64,000 nt of DNA from Eledone cirrhosa (lineage: Eukaryota), in contig OZ024740.1 in the NCBI GenBank assembly GCA_964016885.1, forward strand, positions 77,934,001 to 77,998,000, in the 5' to 3' direction. The notes beneath the pieces are model-generated. The model had not been told where the DNA came from. It searched no databases and saw only the letters and a program-made list of their open reading frames with translations. Each line of letters starts with the position of its first letter. Position 1 is the stretch's first letter. The position numbers and the translations under genes are program-made. This document shows positions 13,231-27,146 of the stretch, in pieces.

Positions 13231-13999
13231 TTGTGAAATGTGATTCAAGTAAAGCTTGGCTGCTATTTCTAGCAGGTTTAACAACTACTTAAGGCCTAAG
13301 TAGAGAAGTACTTTGTATGGGTGAATATTGTGTAATGTTGTGGCATGGTAATATACAGAATCGAAACAAGGGAAAAGGGAATGTTAGGTGGTGAAGGTAG
13401 AGGCATTAATTTTCCTTTTCTTTATTTGTGGCCAAAGATAGAGAATAGAATTGGTTGCAGTGAAATAAGGATAACAAAGGTTAACATAATGACGAGAAAG
13501 GCACAGTGGTGTGAGCAATTGACGCGTGAGAATAATTGTACGAAATTCTATACATCATTAGGATAATACCTACTGATGAAGCTGTGTCTGAGCCATTTGT
13601 TTCCACAATTGCTGTAAATGTGTAACTAAACGTTTAACTACATGTTCAGAGGAGTGCAACAGAAACCACTAACAGTCCAGGTAAACGTATTTTCCCACGT
13701 ATTTGTTGTTGTTATTCTCTGTCCGATTTCTTCTCGTTGTCTATGCCTTTCAAAATCGAATAATTGCCATTCTAAGACAACGAATTCTTTACGTTTACTA
13801 TTGTATATTGATCGGGTCATTCCAGATCTATCAACTCATGCTACATTCGAGCAATCGTGTGACATCCTGGGACGAGCCAGGATACAGTTTATAATGAAGT
13901 TGAAATTATACATTGTCCGTTCTAGCTTCACGGCTGATTGTTTCCTGTCGTAATTGGTCGCGGCTCTGACAAGAATACAATCGCAAATACAAGCCACCG

Positions 14000-14335
14000 A
14001 AATGGGGTTCCTCCGAAGGTCTTTGGAGTAACGTTACTTGATAGAGTGGGTAGAGCCGCTACTTCTCCGAATTGAGAGATCACAGCTTCGATATTGTGGG
14101 CATATGGTTCGAGTGTCTCAGGAAAAAATCGCTGAACAGATTTTACGAGCAAAACCAACCGGCAGGAGACCCAGAGGCAGACCCCGTGCAAGATGGTTGA
14201 ATAACATACATGAGCTTGGCTGGTCACGCTTGGGGATCCAGCCGGACCAGTTGGATACGATTGCTTTTGACAGGACTCTCTGGAAGGAGTGTTTGAGGAT
14301 ACTGCCACCACGACCCTGTCAAGAAGAAGAAGATG
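14000..14335 (+). mobile_element. 3' fragment of an RTE-clade LINE
   Basis: EPLLLRIERSQLRYCGHMVR..RRPRGRPRARW..DRTLWK, then a (GAA)n tail; related copies at 39175-39460 (-) and 63130-63590 (+). Confidence 0.85.
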
Positions 14336-14590
14336 TATATATATATAAAGAATGAATAATAACAGGTAGACATCATAAAAAGGTAATTTATTCTGTGTGC
14401 TTACAAATGTTTCCACGGTGGTTATACAGCCTAGTTATGCTATGTGCAAATTTATAACTATTTGCAAAACTAAATATTCAAATGCTGTGACCACTGTATC
14501 ATCAGAGTAGAATTCTGCTCTGATGATACAGTGGTTACAGCGTTTGATAATTGGTAAGCTATTTAGAACACTGGTTTAACCGCTTTACTT

Positions 14591-14627
14591 CCCTCCGAAG
14601 AAGAGATATTATCTCGAAAATTAAGGA
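14591..14627 (+). ncRNA. Minimal hammerhead-like motif with variant core CCGAAGA
   Basis: CCCT-CCGAAGA-A-GAGAT(ATT)ATCTC-GAAA-AT-T-A-AGGA: stem II perfect, palindromic AATT stem III, short stem I. Confidence 0.5.
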
Positions 14628-14740
14628 CATTTAAATAAATCTAAGGTAAAAGACTAATTGTCAACAATATCTTTTGCATTTGTATTCTTTATTCTATGTC
14701 CATACCTGCATTGTTTTGGCTTTATTATACATATACAAAC

Positions 14741-14785
<45 letters not shown>

Positions 14786-14822
14786 GAAGGGGAGGGAGAG
14801 AGAGGGGGAGAGAGAGATAGAC

Positions 14823-14892
<70 letters not shown>

Positions 14893-15270
14893 ATTTAAAG
14901 AATTTAAAGATTCAAGACCTTGTCAAACTGACATATGTTTCATCTGGCCTAATCTCACCCTTGGGTCATAATATTACAATTCTAAAATTTCAAAGTTTCA
15001 TAGTTTTATAACTTAACCTTCAGGTGTTGGTACTAGGTCGGATTCATCAGAGTTTATTTATGCATCATCAATATTTCACATAGGTTGAAAGTTCATTACT
15101 CATTTATCATTCGTTATAACAACAGGTTACAAAAATACTAAAAAAAAAACTTCAAAATTTCCAAAACTTTTCAAAAATTTTAGAGGATCTTCCCCCCAAA
15201 AAAACCTTTAAGAACTTTTTTTAATTTCTCAAAAAGCCATTTGCAAAACAATAAGTTCAAAAGGCCATAC

Positions 15271-15458
15271 AATAATTGTTTCTACATTTGGCACAAAGCC
15301 AGCAATTCACCAGTACATTACTGGTACTTTATTTTATCGACCCCGTAAGGATGAAAAGCAAAGATAACCTCGGCGGCATTTGAACTCAGTTCGTAAAGGG
15401 ACGTAACTCTTTGCTAGAAAGCATGGCGTCCGACCCTCTACCGATACTGCCAATCCAC
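15271..15458 (-). mobile_element. Family-A SINE
   Basis: Reverse complement of the family-A consensus. Confidence 0.9.
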
Positions 15459-15569
15459 AATTTACGTTTAGTGATGGTGTAGAGATGACAAAGTTTGTGA
15501 CATCCTATACAACAGATCTGCGTGAACCTCATCGCATCGAACTTTTAACCATCCGGTAAAGTAGTACCT

Positions 15570-17265
15570 GGACCATCTGCTCGATGCTTGCCTCAGCCGA
15601 GCCCCCTCTGCCTACCCGCTGGCCTACTTGTCGTATGGAGCCCCGAGCATGTTCCTTGCTACTGATACGGTCATACCTTCGGCCACTGGGGTCCAACAGG
15701 GCGACCCTTTGGGTCCCCTCCTGTTTGCCCTTGGTATAGACAATATCGCCCGGAGTATCACGCCCCTCTCAACTTTTGGTATCTGGATGATGCTACGTTG
15801 AGTGGGCCCGTACAGACTGTCTGCCACGACCTACAATAGGTGGTTCCTGCCCTGGCGGGAATCGGTCTCCAGGTCGACTCATCCAAGTCGGAGGTGGTGA
15901 ATGTCAGCCACGATGCTGAGAGCAGCCTCCGTCTCGGACGTGCAGTCCATTCTCCACCAGGTACAGGTGACTCCCAAAGAGGATGTCCTCATGCTCGGTC
16001 ACCGATCCACCCACCGGCCATCCGCCCCACCATCAGGTCCAGGCTCCAACAACTCCAGACCCTCATGAGCCGACTGGGCTTGATCGACGGCCACCCAGCT
16101 CTCTTTCTGTTGAGGAACTGCTCCGCCATGCCGAAGCTCCTCTATACCCTTCGCAGCGCTCCGTGCTACACCCACGCATCGCTCCTCGCTGACCTCAATT
16201 CCGAGCAGCAGCCGAGAAGATATGCAACGTCAGGTTTGACGACATTGGATGGCAACAGGCCACTTTACCTGTCAGATATGGTGGCCTTGGCCTCCGGTCC
16301 CCGATCTCAATGGCTTTGCCGGCGTTTCTTTCGTCTGTAACCTCATGCCGCGTCCTCGTCAGCAGGGTTCTCCAAAACACAATAGAACCCTCTGTGTTCA
16401 GGGAACGTAAGGCCGCCTGTGAGATGTGCGACCAGCTGTGACTTAGCCTAGTAGACATCCCTCCTCCTCCCCCTGTTGACGTCAAGTCCCTCCAAAGCAT
16501 TTGGGATGCCATCCAGTGCAGCGTGGCTTCAGACAGGCTCACGCGCCAGCTTGACCAGCACCGCCTTGCTTGTTTTCGTGCGGCCTCCAAACCCCACAGT
16601 GGTGCCTGGCTCCATGCCTTACCCCTTCTTCACTGGCACCCAGCTAGATAACAATAGCCTGCGCATCGGCGTTTCCTTGAGGCTCGGCCTCCGGATCTGC
16701 GAGCCTCATCAATGTCGCTGTGGATCCACTGTGGACTCTTTCGGCCTCCACCTGCTTTCCTGTCGCCACAGTGCCGGCCGCCTTCCACGTCCTGCTGCCC
16801 TCACCGAGGTCATTAAGCATGGCTTGGACGCTGCAGGCTTCCCTTCCCAGCTCGAACCGGTGGGGATGGACCGAGGGGACGGCAAAAGGCCAGATGGCAT
16901 GACCATCTCCCCGTTCCGCATTGGCAAACCCCTCGTATGGGATGCCACTTGCACCGACACTTTCTCCAGCCGCAACCTGGTGCAGTCTGCGACTGACCCA
17001 GGTTCTGCTGCACGTCGGGCTGAGGGGGCCAAACTCCTCAAATACCGGTCGCTCTCCGACAGGTTTGCGGTTGTACCCTTGGCAGTGGAGACTTCTGGTG
17101 TCCTCAGCCCTAGGGCTACCTCCCTACTCACTACCATAGGCGCTGAGCTGGCCAGCCGCAGGTGTGAGCCCCGTGAGTTGGAATGGCTTTTCCAGCGCGT
17201 CTCCCTTGCCGTCCTCCGGGGAAACGTCTTCTCTATTCTGTCCGCCGGGGCTGTGGGGAGGCCAC
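15570..17265 (+). mobile_element. 5'-truncated CRE-like non-LTR retrotransposon (RT, Zn knuckle, RLE), frameshifted; 3' end resumes at 20668
   Basis: GVQQGDPLGPLLFAL, YLDD (after a frameshift), CRCGSTVDSFGLHLLSC, KRPDGMTISPF..VWDATC, KYRSL..VPLAVETSG; with the RTE removed the ORF ends AVGRPPI* (stop 20683-20685). Confidence 0.85.
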
Positions 17266-20200
17266 TTACTTACTTGTACTTGTGTCGACATTCACCCTGG
17301 ACGGGTTGAGCCGGCTTCTTCCCTTGTCCTGACGGCATCCCGAACCATGGCAGCCCACGCACGACGGTCCCGGGCTAAGTCATCGGAGATAGCGAGCCAG
17401 TCACGGTTCCATCGGTGCAGGCTGACCATCTGCGGACCTGAGAGTTCGGAGAGGTTCTCCTTGATCGTCGATGCCCAGGACTTCAGCTGCCCGCCAACGC
17501 GCTTGCGCTAGTTAGGGAGTGGAGGTGAAAGGAGAACATTGCGGATCAGCTCACCCTCAGGGCGCCGGGCTGCGTGACCAAACCATCTCAAGCGCCGCTG
17601 CAGAAGCACTGAAGGAAGGAGTCGAAGATTCAGGCGAAGACGAAGACTGGTGGTAGGTACCCGAAGAATGCGGCGGAGACAGTCATTGTCGAAGACCTCC
17701 AGCCCTCGTTGGCCCTCGTTGATCCACTACCCTCATAGGCCATGTTTCACAGCCATAGAGGAGGATAGTGCGAACGACGGCCTGGTAGATTCGTCCTTTG
17801 GTCGCCGAGGTGATCTCTCTTCTGTCCCGCAGACACCGATAGAGGCGCCCAAAAGCGGATCTGGCAGTACCTATGCGACGCTTGACCTCAGCTGCGCCCT
17901 GTCCCGTTGGAACCACTATTGAGCCCGGGTAAACGAAGGACTCCACATCCTCCAGGTCCACGCCCTCGAGAGATATTGGCTGCCAGGCATCAGGCGAGAC
18001 CAGTGACGTCATGACTTTCGACTTGGCGGCATTGATTCGTAGACCAACAGCGGCGGCTGCAGTGTGTACCCTTTCGAGAGCACCTTGTACATCTGTCCCG
18101 TTAGCGCCCATCAGCACGATGTCATCGGCGTAGGCCAGGTCCGTCACCATGACACCTCTACGCCCGAGTAATCCCGGAGCGCTGTGTTGAGAGTGTAGTC
18201 AATGGCGTAGTTAAAGAGAGTTGGCGATAGCGCACACCCCTGCCGAACACCGGTCCTAACATCGAACGACTCCGTCTCCCCACCATAGACCCTCACTCGA
18301 GCCCGAATTGACCAGTAGTAGCCTTGTATGAGACGAAGCGGCTTCACTGGGATGCCGTCCGCCTGCATTATACGCCATAGGGCTTCCAGATCTACCGAGT
18401 CGAACGCAGCTGCAAAGTAAATGAAGAAGAGGACGGTAGGCTGTTGATGTGCCCACCATTGTTCCAGGACACGCCGGAGAATGAAGGTTTGATCAACGCA
18501 CCCCCTCCCCGGACGGAAGCCGCCCTGAGAAGGACGTGTACGGACATCATGGATGGCCTGGAACCTCTTCAGCAGAAGAATTGCGAAGGTTTTGGCAGCA
18601 ACGTCAATTAAACTGATACCTCTGTAGTTGGAACACAGTTTCCTGTCGCCTTTTTTGAAGAAGGGTAGGAGAGTTTCCTCGCTCCAGTCACCAGGGAACC
18701 GCTCCGTCGCCTACACCGAGGAGAAGACTCCATGGAGTCAAGCTGCGAAGACATCAGGCTCGGCCTTGTAGACCTCAGCTGGAACTCCATCTTAGCCCGG
18801 CGCCTTGTTGTTCCGGAGATGTGTCAGGACACTACGTACCTCCTCGACAGTTGGAGGGGCAGTGCTGCACCCGTATTCTTCTCCGGAAGACTGCACGTGG
18901 GTTGGCGTGAGTGGTGGCGGGTGGTTGAGCAGCTCGGAGAAATGGTCCCGCCATCGGACTAGCCGGTCATTAAGATTGATACCCGTACTGCTTCGACTGG
19001 CCCGCTTCACCAGTTGGTAGAGCTTGCGCGAGTCACCACAGGCTGCTTCCCTCTCCGTCTGTGCGCAAATTCGCGCCAGTGTGCATTCCGATCGGCCCGA
19101 ATGGCCAGAGATGTGTGACGTCGGAGATCTCGAAGATTGGGTGTATCCTCGAGAGGGGCACTCTCGCCCTCTCCGCGAGTTCAAGAGTGCCGCCGGATCC
19201 AGTCCCGATGGCGTCTTTGGGTCGACCCGAGATGTTCCCTGGCCACCTCAACCATCGCCGCCCTGAGCGCGTTCCACCCCTGCACCGGTTGCTGTTCCAC
19301 TTCGTTACTCAGCATTTGGAATCGGTTTCGCAGCTCTAGCCGGAAAGCATTTCCAGCATCGAGCTTGAGTCGCGAGATGTTGATCCTTTTCTGGCGGTTG
19401 GGAGGAGGTTTCGCCCGCAGCCGCAGACGAAGGGTTGCTCGAACAAGAGTATGGTCTGACCCATGCTCACTGCCCTATCAGCCCCCCCCCCCCCCCCCGA
19501 TATGCACGCGAGTCCATCACTGAGCTGGCCCACCGAGATCTGACCAGGATGTAGTCAATCTGATTGGCAGTTCTTCCGTCATTGGATCGCCACGTGACAA
19601 GGTGAAGCCGAGGATGTTGGAACCGGGTGTTGGTAACGATAAGACGATTGGTATCCGCTAAGGACACGAGCCTTTTATCATTGTCACAGCGTACGCCTAG
19701 GGCGAAGCGTCCTAGAATATGCCGTGTTGTATCATCAGCCGGCCCCGTCCGCACATTCAGTCCCCAACGACAATAAGAACATCACTGGAGGGGACGCCAT
19801 CCACGGTTGTTTGGAGATCGGCATAGAACTGTGTCTTGTCCGCCTCGTCCGCATTGAGTGTGGGAGCGTAGACGGCAATTACGCTGACGTTGGATATTTG
19901 ACCCCTCAATCGAGCCAGCGCGAGTCGGTGTGAGATCAGCTGCTACGCCAGCAGAGCCACTTGCGCGTCGGGGCCGAGCACTACAGCTACCCTGTGAAGG
20001 CCACTGTTGTCAGTCACGCCACTATGGTACAAGTGGTAGGAGATCTCCTCGCCAGGAACTTTGATCAGAAGATGACCAACATCGGGAAGTCGAACTTCTG
20101 AAAGGCAAGGGACACTAACGCAGTACCTGTGCAGAGCCTTCATTGTAAGTACCTGGACACCGTCGTCACGAAGTGTTCGGACGTTCCAGCACGCCACCGT

Positions 20201-20667
20201 CAATTCTTTCCTTCGTCTGAAGAGCGAGACTACTGCAGGAGTAACCTGTAGAGCCATAGCGGTAGGAGCGCTGTTGCTTTGCATTGCTTTCGTATCGGGG
20301 AGGCAATTCGCATTCATAGTTCGTATTTCTAGGATTCATGGAAGAAGTGTCATAGGAGTAGTGAATCCCCAAAAAATCCCGCATGTATATCCCGAACGAG
20401 GGGAAAAAACGTCCTGTTTGCCGCAGATTCTCCACAGACGCAGGGACAGAAACGACCCGAAGCCGCCGCTTACCGGAACAGACACCTCTTGGATTTTCAC
20501 CAGAGCCCATTTTGACGGGTTGCGGCCCTAATACCGCTGGGTGCCAGACCAATCCACCTTGGGTGGCCCTACCAGGAACCGAGGTTCCTGACGGCATAGC
20601 TCTGACACTACCCGTTGCCACTGCCCTGCCACGTTGAGGAGGGGTTGGACTTTAGGTTGGCTCTCGA
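17266..20667 (-). mobile_element. Near-full-length RTE-clade LINE (APE endonuclease plus RT), frameshifted, with 11-bp TSD
   Basis: LTVACWNVRTL, SEVRL, NQIDYILV, GFRPGRGCVDQ, GVRQGCALSPTLFN, YADD, LLYGCETW; (CAAGTA/AAGT)n tail; TSD GGGGAGGCCAC at 17255-17265 and 20668-20678. Confidence 0.93.
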
Positions 20668-21107
20668 GGGGAGGCCACCAATATAATTGACTCACTTGTA
20701 ATTTTATCAGTCAGATGTTTTTAGAGGGTCAAAGAATCTGACTTCTCTTATGTGCCTTTAGTAACGTCCAATATGTTTCAACTTGGAAGTTGACCAGTAA
20801 GGTGATTAAACAGATGGCTACTGTTACTGTTACTGCTCCCCGTCCCCTTTCAAAGTGGTAGGAGCACCACAGGGTGGCGCAATGTACCACTTCCCTTAAA
20901 CCATTTGTGCCGCTAGGACATGGTTTGTCGTGTAGTCATTATTGATGTATTCCGTCAAGTTATCCGCCCATTTCTTATAATAATATTTACAGATGCATTT
21001 AGAAATCATTTGAACTTGATTTTAACCTTCTTTAACAGGATAAAAGTTACATGGAAATACAAAGTACATTTCATCATGATTATTAATAATATCATTTTTA
21101 CTACTAT

Positions 21108-21151
<44 letters not shown>

Positions 21152-21426
21152 TATATTTTTTTAGTATGTGTTGGTTGTTTACCGACTCCTCAGTGTGCAG
21201 ATTGGAGCACTCGACGAAGTACGCAGGTTGGTTTGTTTACTCCGGAGTAATGTAAAATAAGTAAGTCAAACATGTTAAATTTGGCTTCGTTTATTATAAA
21301 TTATAAATATGATTCCAGTTCCTCGTAGGACTAACAACACACCCAGGAGCTGGACATATCGATGAATTGACAGAGTGGAACACATTTCAACACCATGTTT
21401 ACCTGTGCTTTCTACATTAATTCGTA

Positions 21427-21483
21427 CTGCCTGAAGAGGTCACAGCCAATAACAGCTGTCACTGATATATATATATATAGCAG
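21427..21483 (+). ncRNA. Decayed hammerhead (GAAA changed to GATA, stem III expanded into (TA)n)
   Basis: CTGC-CTGAAGA-GGTCACAGC(CAATAACA)GCTGTCACT-GATA(TA)n-GCAG; lies between inverted 52-bp arms 21251-21302 / 21486-21537. Confidence 0.55.
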
Positions 21484-21543
21484 AGAATTTGTAATAAACG
21501 AAGCAAAATTTAACATGTTTGACTTATTTATTTTACACACACA

Positions 21544-21695
<152 letters not shown>

Positions 21696-21974
21696 TTTTC
21701 CCCTTAACGGTTGATTTCTACCGACCTCCACTACATAAGTCCATGTGATTCTGCTACAGTCTAAAACTAGTATAAGACAGTTCGATTGTACCAGTCACTA
21801 GATTTGGACTTTACCCCCTGAGGAAACGTTGGGTAATTCGATTATGTAATATTTGGAAATACTGCGTGATTTCCCTGAGTAGCAATTGTTGATAAATAGA
21901 TAGAGAGAGAGTGGGGGAGAGAGAGCGGGGAAGTTAAGTGTTACATTCTATACTCAACACAGACTGACCTCCCT

Positions 21975-22450
21975 TATAACACATCTCCCCACCTCCAATA
22001 ACACATCAACCTACCTCCACCATATCTCCCTACCACCACCACCAACACATCTTCCACACCCCACCACTACCAACACATTTCCCCCACCACCACTATCACC
22101 AACACATCTCCCCACCACCACCTCCACCACCAACACGTCTCCTCCACTACCACCAACACGTCCCCCCACCACTACCACCACCACTACCAACACGTCTCCT
22201 CCACCACCACCTCCACCAACAACACGTCCCCTCCACCTCCCTCACCACCAACACGTCTTTCCCGCCACAACCTCCAACTCCCCCCCCACCAACACGCCCC
22301 CCACACATGACGCCCCCTCCCCCCTCTCCCCACCACCACCACCCCGCCGTCACTAACACGTCTCCCCCCACCTCTACCGTCACCCCCCGTCACCAACACG
22401 CCCTCCCCCCCGTCACCAACACGTCTCCCCCACCCCCCACCCCCACTAAC
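21975..22450. repeat. C-rich minisatellite (CCACCAACACGTCTCCC-like unit)
   Basis: Repeated ACCAACAC(G/A)TC words; explains the V/G-rich minus-strand ORFs. Confidence 0.85.
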
Positions 22451-22759
22451 ACAACATTCTGACTCGACTGAGATAAGATGATCTTTATACTAACATATAT
22501 CTTTCTCTTCTGCTATCTCACTCCCACACATGTGTACACACATTCCACACCAACCACCCCTGTGTACACGCACACACCCACCCACCTACACATGCATATA
22601 TATATATATACACACACATATATGTATATATATATATGTGTATGCGTGTGTGTGTGTGTGTCTATGTACATGTATGCGTATAAGTGTATATGCTTATATA
22701 AATATGTAACATATGAACCTACAACTTAACTAATATTTTTATATCTATGTGTGAGTGTG

Positions 22760-22870
<111 letters not shown>

Positions 22871-23302
22871 CTGTGTGTCTGTGTGTGTGTTTCTTTGTGT
22901 GTGTGTATTTATATATGTTTACACACATATACATACGCGTCTGTACACACACATATCTGTGCGTCTGTACACACACATATCTGTACGTCTGTACACACAC
23001 ATATCTGTGCGTCTGTGTATGTATGGATTAAAATTAAATTATGTAGGAAAAACAAATGCATAACTGTTAGTGACATATAAAAGGGTATGTGGAGATAACA
23101 ATCAAATTGCCACAACCCCACACTAATTTACACATGGATATATGGATATATAAATATGTGTGTCTGTATGTATGTGTGAGTGTGAGTGTGTGTGTGTGGT
23201 GGGGTGATACAAATAACATGGCTAGACACTGAGATATTTTTTCTTGTAGAACCGAATGCTCAATACGCACTTGTAGATTGTTTTGTAGAGCGCTAAATAT
23301 GC

Positions 23303-23368
<66 letters not shown>

Positions 23369-23764
23369 TCTCGTCTACGATTTCACAGAACTTATGTTTA
23401 CCGAATTCGCAGACCAGACCCCTTCTTCCTCCCGTTAGACCTGTGCGAAATTCCTTCCTTGCTCACATTTCAACCAGGTTTGATGGTCTTTATTCTCTCG
23501 TTCACGATTTCACCGAACTTAAATTCATAGAAATCTGGGACTTGTCTCCTTCTTCCTCACTTTCTGTTGCTTCACCATTTTGTTTGTTTACCCTCGTGTC
23601 CCCTTTATTTACGTGTCCCAACGACTTTTTTTAGCCGTTGCTCGCACCAACCGGAGGTATATGGTCTTTAAAGCAATGAAATGCCTATGATAGTTGGAAG
23701 ATCACTGATGAAGGACAAACTTTTTTCATATGTAACCCATTTGCAACTCCGCAGCGCCCTTATT

Positions 23765-23812
<48 letters not shown>

Positions 23813-23848
23813 AATAAACAATACAATATAATTACCTCATAATTATGT

Positions 23849-23924
23849 ATTACCTTGTCCGACGAACGAATGAGGACGTCTCTTGTATTCGTATTATTCG
23901 GGAAACCTCTGGTAATGAGGTAAT
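23849..23924 (+). ncRNA. Type-I hammerhead with variant core CCGACGA
   Basis: Stem I ATTACCTTGT/ATGAGGTAAT (10 bp, 2 G-U), stem II CGAAT...ATTCG, GAAA, stem III ACC(TCT)GGT, predicted GUA cleavage after 23914. Confidence 0.7.
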
Positions 23925-24897
23925 TATATTGTATTGTTTATTATACATTAAATTTAGCTCTGGTACTTACATAGAGCACTCTTCACTCCTATGACTTTTT
24001 CAATTTTCAACGGAAACTTCAATACTTATATATATATATACAAAATTTAGTACAGCATCATCGAAGCTCTGGTTGCAGCCAAGCTAGCGAATGCAGGGGT
24101 GTGCAGCCAAGCTAGTGAATGCAGGGGTGTGCAGCAATAGGGTATATTACCCTAGAGTTATAACATTACGTTTAGACAGCTTTGCAAATTGAGGACGGCG
24201 GTCGATAGGTTAACTTTGCCTTTCAATCCTTACGGGGTCGATGATATAAAGTACCAGTAATACACTGGGATTATTGCTGGCCTTGTGCCAAAAGTAGAAA
24301 CAATTATATAGTTACTTAGTTGTTTCTACAGAGATAAGCTCACAAATCTCAACCAAACACTTTCTCAACCAAGACTTTCGGTCATTGAGTAAAGCGAATA
24401 AAAGAAAAAGACTATGCTGGCTTCGAACTACATTGTGTCAAGAACGGGGTCAGAGAGACTTCTATGTTCTTGTAGTGACTCTCCAGAAACTCTTTGGCAC
24501 TATTTGTACCAATGTAGAAACTATTAGTCTGAGACCATGTTGAAACCAATCTTTAAAAAAACTACTAAGATTGGAAGTTCAATATTTGATTACAGGTGTA
24601 CCAAATATGGAAGCTACGGAAAGATTGAACAAGAGAAACTTCTAGCTGCTTTACAGCTTCCCTTGTTTCTCTTTTCCTTTTCCTTTTCTTAGGCATAATC
24701 TGCCTCCCATTGGCCTTCAATATAATATTTGAAATGTTATTTTTTTTATTTTTATTACTTGTCTCACTAGCTCTTTTTGATTACCAACTGTAAGGAGTAC
24801 TCGATACTTCCCAGAGTCTGTCATGGCTTACTAGCTCTATACGGACGTCTAAATTGAATAAAATAAATAGGCACAAAGCCTATCGGCCGCCGTCTTC

Positions 24898-24974
<77 letters not shown>

Positions 24975-24999
24975 GAGAGTGAGAGAGAGTGAGAGAGAG

Positions 25000-25099
<100 letters not shown>

Positions 25100-25105
25100 C
25101 ATATA

Positions 25106-25159
<54 letters not shown>

Positions 25160-25361
25160 AAGAGAGACATATATATATGCATATATATGTGTGTGTGTGT
25201 GTTAGGTATTTCCGAAGGAAAAGCAAAGGAAAAAGGAGTGCTCTATGTATTGAACAGAGCTATCTAATTATAAAGTGAACAACACAAAATATAACTATTC
25301 CATTACTGACCAACGGTCAAAAATACAAATATAATATAGATATAAACACATATATATAGTC

Positions 25362-25405
25362 TAACAAAGTTCTTTCGTCGCACATCTGCAACATCGTCAG
25401 TGGTG
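25362..25405 (-). ncRNA. Minimal hammerhead ribozyme, same family as 47841-47885
   Basis: Minus strand CACCA-CTGACGA-T-GTTGCA(GATG)TGCGAC-GAAA-GAAC-TT; stem II covaries with the 47.8 kb copy; stem I weak. Confidence 0.7.
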
Positions 25406-25717
25406 CTATTATGTTCCTCCTATTGTATTGTATATCTACGCCATATATATTAGGTATAAATCGAAGTTATAGCCGCAGTAGACCATATATATATATATAT
25501 ATGTGTGTGTGTGTAATCTGGACTGTTTTAAACTAGAAACCAGGTAGTGAATTTATATTATATTAATTTTATCTTAAATCTTCAAATATATGCAGTGTTT
25601 TAAATGAATATCTATTATTTAATTAGTTTCGTTGCCAAACACTTCATGCAAATTATACAGACCATTTAATTTATGTTCTATACGTTGCTTGATATAAATA
25701 TCGATTCTCTGTAGGCA

Positions 25718-25830
25718 GAACAATTTCAAATCATCCATAAATAGCAATTGATTGAGCTTTCCTTTATCACTTCTCATATCATACCCCAACTTTGTTTTCC
25801 ACAATATTTCATTCCATGGAATCATTCCCA
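25718..25830 (-). mobile_element. Short RT fragment of an R4/Dong-like LINE
   Basis: MIPWNEILWKTKLGY..KLNQLLFMDDLKLF resembles the LLYMDDLKLY RT motif. Confidence 0.65.
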
Positions 25831-25837
25831 GCACAAA

Positions 25838-25952
25838 GATCACGAAATAAAGTGTCTTGCTCAAGGAAACAACACATCACCCGGTCCGATAATTGAACTC
25901 ACAACCTTTCGATTGCAAGCCCAATGCTCTAAACACTAAGCCATGCGCCTTC
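25838..25952 (-). mobile_element. Family-B SINE head
   Basis: Reverse of GGCGCATGGCTTAGTG..GAGTTCAATT..TCCTTGAGCAAGACACTTTATTTC. Confidence 0.85.
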
Positions 25953-26161
25953 GCAATTACGAATGTAATTTTTACTAGTTTAGAATCCAACGATTTTGTC
26001 CATTAGATGGTTTGTTTATTGTTGGGTTTGTTTTCCGAGTGCATTGCTTACATATAGGACATTTGATGATTGCTTGCGTTTGTTCTATATATGTATAATA
26101 TAAGTGTATGTAATTTTAGGGCAGCTGTTGAAGGTGAATTGACTATTTGGAGCAATAACAG

Positions 26162-26261
<100 letters not shown>

Positions 26262-26329
26262 GTGTGTGTGTGTGCATACATACAATAAGGATTCTATGCC
26301 TAAAATAGAAAGCATTATTCAAAGATGAC

Positions 26330-26552
26330 AGGGCGGTGGATTGGCAGAATCGGAAGAGCATCGGATAAATTACTTTGCAGTGTTTAGTTATGGTTATTTA
26401 CATTCTGGGTTCAAATCCCGTCAAGGTTAGCTTTGCCTTTCATCCTTACGGGGTCGATAAAATAAAGTACCAGTAATGCACTGGAGTCGGTTTAATCGAC
26501 TTTACCCATCCCTTCAAATTGCTGGCCTTGTGCCTAAATCAGAAATCATTAT
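26330..26552 (+). mobile_element. Family-A SINE with probable TSD
   Basis: Full head and tail; CATTATTCAAAGATGA occurs on both sides. Confidence 0.9.
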
Positions 26553-26784
26553 TCAAAGATGAGGTTTTTCAATCGGAACTCTACTTTAATCTCCTCTCGT
26601 TTCTTTGTCGTTTTTCTAGGCAACATGGTAAATATGAAATAACCTATAGTACTGACGTAATATAGTTTCAAAGCTGAATGAAAGACTGCATGAATGAATG
26701 TTTTATTGCTTACAATGAGTAGTACTCCATTGTCACTATTCGTAAACGAATACATATCTATCTGTCTGTCTTATCCCCCCCCCC

Positions 26785-26821
<37 letters not shown>

Positions 26822-26875
26822 ATTCTATCTATCTATCTGTCTATCTAGGTATGTGCGCGCACGTGTGTGTGCACG

Positions 26876-26943
<68 letters not shown>

Positions 26944-27068
26944 CGTGTGTGTGTGTGTGTCTGTGTGTATGTATATATGTTATTTCTTCCATGTACAGTA
27001 CAGACATATATATATATATACATATATATGTGTATGTGTGTGGTTGTGTGTGTGTGTATATGTGTGTG

Positions 27069-27146
<78 letters not shown>

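Noticed and set aside
20560-20667. HDV-like ribozyme at the RTE 5' end
   Set aside because: A CCTCCTC loop-like word and a P4-like hairpin are present on the minus strand, but P1 and P2 partners could not be found by eye.
21811-21836. Functional hammerhead TTACCCC-CTGAGGAAACGTT-GGGTAA
   Set aside because: Stem II is absent; counted only as a possible deleted relic.
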